This document shows positions 58,112 to 64,000 of a stretch of 64,000 bases of DNA, in pieces. The notes beneath the pieces were generated by a model. It did no database searches and was not told where the DNA came from. It saw nothing but the letters and a program-made list of their open reading frames with translations. Source of the DNA: the human T2T-CHM13v2.0 reference genome, Homo sapiens. The DNA lies in NCBI RefSeq assembly GCF_009914755.1, contig NC_060929.1, one strand, 5' to 3'. Position 1 is the first letter of the stretch; each line of letters opens with the position of its first letter. The position numbers and the translations under genes were made by a program.

Positions 58112-58200
58112 AAAAGAAGAAGAAGAAGAAAGCAGAAAGAAGAAGAAAGAAGGAGAAGGAGAAGGAGAAGAAGGAAGAGGAGGAGGAGCAGGAGGAAGAA
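58112..58200. repeat. Purine (GAA)n/(GGA)n tract replacing an Alu tail
   Basis: About 89 nt, all purine except two C. Confidence 0.92.
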
Positions 58201-59885
58201 TCAAATAGATATAATAAAAAATAATGAAGGGGATATTACCACTGACCCCACAGAAATACAACCATCAGAGACTACTATAAGCACCTCTATGCAAATAAAC
58301 TAGAAAATCTAGAAGAAATGGGTAAATACCAAGACTGAACCAGGAAGAAGTTGAATCCCTGAACAGATCAACAAGTTCTGAAATTGAGGCAGTAATAAAT
58401 AGCCTACCAACCCCAAAAAGCCCAGGACCAGATGGATTTACAGCTGAATTCTACCAGAAATATAAAGAGGAGATGATAACCTTTCTTCTGAAACTATTCC
58501 AAACAATTGAAAAGGAGGGATTCCTCACTAATTCATTTTATGAAGACAGCATCATCCTGATACCAAAACCTGTCAGAGATAACAACAAAAAAAAAAGCAA
58601 ACTTCAGGCCAATATCCCTGATGAACATCAATGCAAAAATCCTCAATTAAATACTGGCAAATCAAATCCAGCAGCACGTCAGAAAGCTTACCCACCATGA
58701 TTAAGTCAGCTTCATCCCCAGCATGCAAGGCTTGTTCAACCTATGCAAATCAATAAACATAATTCATCACATAAATAGAACTAAAGACAAAAACCACAGG
58801 ATTATCTCAATAGATGCAGAAAAGGCCTTTGACAAAATTCAATATTCCTTCCTGTTAAAAACTCTCAATAAACTAGGTATTGATGGAACATACCTCAAAA
58901 TAATTAAGAGCCATTTATGGCAAACCCACTGCCAATTATCATACTGAATGGGCAAAAGCTGGAAGCATTCCCATTGAAAACCAGCACAAGACAAGGATGC
59001 TCTCTCTCACCACTCCTATTCAACATAGTATTGGAAGTTCTGGTCAATCAGGCAAGAGAAAGAAATAGAGTATTCAAATAGGAAGAGAGGAAGTCAAACT
59101 GCCTCTGTTTGCAGATGACATGATCTTATATCTAGAAAACCCATCATCTCAGCCCAAAAGCTTCTTAAGCTGATAACCAACTTTAGCAAAGTCTCAGTAT
59201 ACAAAATCAATGTGCAAGAATCACAAGCATTCCTATACACCAACAACAGAAAAGCAGAGGGCCAAATAATGAATGAACTCCCATTCACAATTGCTACAAA
59301 GAGAGTAAAATACCTATGAACATAGCTAACAAGGGAAGTGAAGGATCTCTTCAAGGAGAACTACAAACCACTGCTCAAGGAAATCAGAGAGGACACAAAC
59401 AAATGGAAAAACATTCCATGCTCATGGATAGGAAGAATCAATATCATGAAAATGGCCATACTGCCTAAAGTAATTCATGGATTCAATGCTATTCCCATTA
59501 AACTACCATTGACATTCTTCACAAAATTAGTAAAAACTACTTTAAAATTCATATGGAACCAAAAAGAGCCCGTATAGCCAAGACAATCCTAAGCAAAAAG
59601 AACAAAGCTGGCGGTATCACTCTACCTGACTTCAAACTATACTACAAGGCTACAGTAACCCAAATAGACTGGTACTGGTACAAAAACAGACACATAGACC
59701 AATGGAACAAAATGGAGAACTCAGAAATAAGACCATAAATCTACAACCATCTGATCTTTGACAAAACGGACAAAAACAAGCAATAGGGAAAGATTCCCTA
59801 TTTAATAAAAGGTGCTGGGAAAACTGGCTAGCCATATCCAGAAAATTGATACTAGACCCCTTCCTTACACCTTATACAAAAATTA

Positions 59886-60266
<381 letters not shown>

Positions 60267-62477
60267 TCATTTAGGACATAGGCACAGGCAAAGATTTTAT
60301 GATGAAAACGTCAAAAGCAACTACAACAAAAGCAAAAATTGACAAATGGGATTTAATTAAACTAAAGAGCTTCTGCACAGCAAAAGAAACTATCATCAGG
60401 GTGAACAAGCAACCTACAGAGTGGGAGAAGATTTTTGCAATCTATCCATTTGACAAAGGTCTGATATCCAGAATCTAAAAGGAAATTAAACAAATTAACA
60501 AGAAAAAAACAAAAAAAAAAACATTAAAAAGTGGGCAAAGGACATGAACAGACACTTCTCAAAAGAAGATATTTATGTGGCCAACAAACATGAAAGAAAG
60601 CTCCATATCACTGATCGTTAGAGAAATGCAAAGCAAAACCACAATGAGATACCATCTCATGCCAGTCAGAATGGCGATTAAAAAGTCAAGAAACGACAGA
60701 TGCTGGCGAAGCTATGAAGAAATAGGAATGCTTTTACACTGTTGGTGGAAATGTAAACTAGTTCAACTATTGTGGAAGACAATGAGGTTATTCCTCAAAG
60801 ATCTAGAGGCAGAAATACCATTTGACCCACCAATCCCATTACTGGGTATATACCCAAAGGAATACAAATAATTCTATTATAAAGATCCATGCACACATAT
60901 GTTCATTGCAGCACTATTCACAACAACAAAGACATGGAATCAACCCAAATGCCCATCTATGATAGACTGGATAAAGAAAATATGGTACATATATTCCATG
61001 AAATACTATGCAGCCATAAAAAGGAACAAGATCATGTCCTTCACAGGGACATGGCTGGAGCTGGAAGTTATTATCCTCAGCAAACTAACACAGGAACAGA
61101 AAACCAAACACCGCATGTTCTCACTTATAAGTGGGAGCTGAACAATGAGAACACATGGACACAGGGAATGGAACAACACCCACTGGGGCCTGTCAGGGGG
61201 CACGGGAGGAGGGGGAGTATCAGGATAAATAGCTAATGCATGCTGGGCTTAATACCTAGGTGATGGGTTGATACTGCAGCAAACCACCACAGCACATGTT
61301 TACCTATGTAACAAACCTGCACATCTTGCACATGTATCCTGGAACTTAAAATAAATAAAATAAAAATAAATAAACACTCAAACACCAATGGAGTTCTTTA
61401 AACTGACAGCAGTGTTAATGGGTTCTATACTGATGACTCTGGAAAATAGGAAGGGTTAATTCATTCCAAACACATTTGATGAGCACCTATTATGTATTAA
61501 GCACTGGGAATAAAAAAAGGTCCTGTTCTATCTTCCAGAAACCCAGACTCCAATATTATTACATCTATATTTCTAATGTAAAAGACAAGGCAACCCTTCC
61601 CCTATGCTGATGATGTTTACTGAAGCCATTTGAAGTCTCTCCACTTACTTTCTTTAGATTTCTAGAAATTTTAGAGCTGGAAGGGACTCTAGAATCCTGT
61701 TCCCTAATTTCATAGCTAACAGCCTGAACTGAATGTAAACTTTGATGTACTAGTTTATATTTACAAGATATTTTGTCAGGTCACATATTCTATGAAGCAT
61801 GAATGTCAAATCTTCAGTGAAAATATGTAAATGAATGAGTTTCTGAAATTACGCACTTAAAAACGCATTATGAAAAATTTTCAAATGTATACAGGAGCAG
61901 GGACACTGATATGATGAACAACTAGATACTGAGCACTAAATTTCAAAATTACCAACATTAGCCAATCTTGTTTAATCTAATCTTTTACTCAACTTCTGAA
62001 TTATTGAAAAGCAAATTCCATGTATTATTTCATCAGTAAATACTTTGGTTTGTATATGTAACAGATAAAGATTTTGAAAGAAAACATACAATATTATCAC
62101 ATCTAAAAATGATATAAAACAAAAATTCCTCTAATTTCACCTAAAATACAGTATTCACATTTCCTTGGCCATTTCACGCATATCATTTTAGAGATAATCA
62201 CAATTCAAGCAAGATGAACACATTTGGCTGGTATCGCTTTTAAATCTCTCTTAATCTAAAGGTATATGCCTTCTGAATTGGAATTTGCTGAAATTTTCTG
62301 TTTTGTTTTTTGGGGGGAGTATTATTTGTACAGAGGTGTAAAGCAGATTTTCCATATTAACATTTGGAGGGGAAAAGTCATAAATTCAGTAATGAAAAAC
62401 AGCTGCAAATTTAAGGAAAAACACTTACTGATAGGCTTATAAAAGCTGTATATAATTATATTCCCTGAATGATTTGA

Positions 62478-62808
<331 letters not shown>

Positions 62809-63317
62809 CACGTCTGATATATTCTAAGTTAAGTGGTTTTTACTTTTCTTTGATATTAGGGTTATATACTGTACTTGTTTTTACTCCATACTCTCTTGTC
62901 AGTGGTAATCAATTCTTAGTGTTCATTGGACATGTATTCTACAGCTAAATTCGTTTCTCTTCCTTCGAAGAGAAATAAAGGTTTTGTAAATATCATAACA
63001 TCTTCCATGTTTAGGTCAGGTTTCTCATGTTAAGAGATTTAATACTATTAGAATAAGAATTATTAATTTCCATACCATGCCCTGCCCTGTGTTCAGAAAA
63101 AAATTTGGCACTGTTTTTAAGGGGAACAGTGGTAACAGAAGTTAACTTGGCTGACATGTAATTAAATAATATTTGCTATATGATTGACCAACGCATAATC
63201 TAAGATACCATAATGCTTAAAAACTATATTTTTCATTTCAATACCACAATTCAACAGTAGCAACAAAATTTGAAATATAGCAATTCATAGTCACACAAAA
63301 TTCCATCAAATTTGTGT

Positions 63318-63388
63318 GACTATGAACTGCCTTTTTTAAATGCATAATTTCAGACTATGAACTGTTTTTTAAAAGATAGAATTTCAGA
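63318..63388. repeat. Imperfect tandem duplication, 2 x ~35 bp
   Basis: gactatgaactg...ttttttaaa...aatttca occurs twice. Confidence 0.8.
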
Positions 63389-64000
63389 AACTCATTTATT
63401 TACATATTTTCACCGAAGATGACAAAACTGCCATAAAAGATGAATCTTTTAAAAACATATTACATTTTTAAATAAATTATATTTTAAAAATCATCTTATT
63501 TCCTACTGTGGTATATTTAATAATAATAATTAAAAGCTAAAAATCATAATCTTAGGGAAAAGTGGATAGATGTTCAGTGAACTCTCAGCTCTGAAACAAG
63601 TGAACTCACAGCCAGCAGAACTACTTACCACAAAGGAGGAGGAAGGGAAGTCGAAAGGCCTAAGGCTTTCTTTATCACAACCTCTTTAATCCTTCAATTT
63701 CTTGCAGATCTGTGTGCATGTTTCCTTTGTTTTTTTGGGTGACCTGGGTTTTTTGCCACAAATAATTGCTAGTTCATTAATAACTATAATTAGCATCTGA
63801 TTCAGCGGATTTGTCACTGTGGGGAATTTTACTAAAATACTAACAACTAACATTATGAGTACTATCCGCCAGTTAGGACAAACTGGCACATATTTGCTTA
63901 AGCCAATTAAAAATATTTTGCAATAAAAAAATTCCAACTAAAAATTAATAACAATCTCTTTTTAAAAAGTAGCTCCTTTTAGTAATCTAGGAAAAGGAGA

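Overview
Primate (very probably human) AT-rich genomic DNA lying entirely inside the AP3B1 gene (AP-3 adaptor beta-3A subunit) on the minus strand. Four coding exons (29066-28835, 24237-24153, 10581-10484, 5338-5200; probably exons 23-26) have canonical AG/GT ends. They splice in one frame to encode most of the C-terminal ear domain. The rest is intron. It holds about 25 Alu/FAM/FLAM elements, a near full-length but dead antisense L1PA (54.7-61.4 kb), a truncated L1PA7-like copy, old L1M/L2/MIR relics, MaLR/ERV LTRs and hAT MITEs. It also holds an old processed HSP90AB1 pseudogene (about 31.68-34.02 kb). Nearly all ORF-track entries are repeat-derived or random. I found no convincing new biological system. 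The most notable observations: a ~77-bp internal inversion and an Alu-fused 3' truncation in the HSP90AB1 retrocopy; its possibly ancestral-type 5' UTR; an open ORF0-like antisense frame in the old L1 pointing into AP3B1; and several repeat-poor blocks with clustered TALE/HOX motifs that may be enhancers. Repeat subfamily names and comparisons with reference sequences come from memory and need RepeatMasker/BLAST confirmation.
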